Assembly: GCA_000182565.2 (NCBI GenBank)
Contig: KQ257457.1
DNA: 64,000 nucleotides
Source of the DNA: Spizellomyces punctatus DAOM BR117
Lineage: Eukaryota
Reading direction: 5' to 3' (one strand)
This document shows positions 63,278 through 64,000 of the stretch, piece by piece; within the stretch, counting starts at the first letter, position 1; each line of letters starts with the position of its first letter. The notes beneath the pieces were generated by a model that was not told the origin of the DNA, did no database searches, and worked only from the letters and a program-made list of their open reading frames with translations. A program made the position numbers and the translations under genes.

Positions 63278-64000
63278 ATGCCGCGCGTGAAGCGCCTTGT
63301 GCTCACTCTCTACCGGTTCCTTCACCGACATCGTCTCCCACTCCTTCTCGCCGTCTTCCTTCCCCCGCTCCTCCTCTACCCTCTTCTTGTGAGCGCACGA
63401 GGCAGTCCCGCACTCGTTCCGCATGAGCTACGCACGGCGCAACGGCCGTTACTGGTGGTTGCGCATCCTGATGACGAGTGTTTGTTTTTTTCGCCAACAA
63501 TGAATGCGTTGGGTGGTGTAAAGGGGATTTTGGTGCTTTCCACTGGTATGTTTGTGTTTGGTGTTTTGCTTTTTGCTGTAGTTGTGGGTGCTGATATTTT
63601 TCTGCGCTTTGGTAGGAAATAATTATGGAATTGGGGATACCCGACGACGAGAGTTGATGGGGAGTTGTCGAGAGCTGGGTGTGGATGAGCAGCATTGTAC
63701 CGTGTTGGATTTACCGTACGTTGATTTGGTTTATCTGTGATTTTCGGTTTTCTTTGTTGAGCTCATGTCATGTATTGTTGCAAGTGATATTCAAGATAAT
63801 CCACGGGAATGGTGGCCCGCTGATCGGGTTCTTGAAATTGTTACGGAGCATGTTAAAAAGACGAATGCAGATGTGGTGAGTGCAAATGTCCTTTCTGTCC
63901 TCATCTCCTTTGCCATATCTGATATTTTCATAGATTGTCACATTCGATTCAGGCGGCACGTCGGGGCACCTTAACCACCGCTCCGTTCACCGTGCCCTCC
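63278..64000 (+). CDS. GPI12: N-acetylglucosaminyl-PI de-N-acetylase (PIG-L), 5' part; runs off the window
   Basis: N-terminal TM; LLVVAHPDDECLFFSPT, LSTGNNYGIGDTRRREL, IQDNPREWW, VTFDSGGTSGHLNH. Multi-exon. Confidence 0.93.

Overview
Intron-rich eukaryotic DNA (short GT-AG introns, two N-gaps at 10420-10570 and 17808-17907). Gene content points to an early-diverging, probably chytrid-type, fungus; this is inference, not a database match. I can support about 22 protein genes: homeodomain TF, vWA-mucin-TM surface receptor, Nhp6, small RGS protein, triple-START lipid-transfer protein, RPL24, DH-PH-FYVE RhoGEF, RPL35, Spt20-like, Hem4, Yvc1-like TRP channel, DUF3455 GPI-type protein, FAD monooxygenase, PIMT/PCM1, XLF, YANK kinase, DGK-epsilon-like kinase, Prp4 kinase, Ada2, tyrosinase, GPI12 and two hypothetical proteins. 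There is also one tRNA-Arg(ACG), a decayed Ty3/Gypsy relic and a decayed, internally inverted Ty1/Copia relic. The standout is the gene at 7817-12390. It encodes a signal peptide, an integrin-betaI-like vWA/MIDAS domain, a roughly 1000-aa Thr-rich repeat stalk, a Gly-rich TM helix and a short cytoplasmic tail with two NPLY motifs 8 residues apart, the same spacing as integrin beta tails. That makes it a candidate integrin-beta/Sib-like adhesion receptor in a fungus. All exon boundaries were read by eye and need RNA-seq confirmation.
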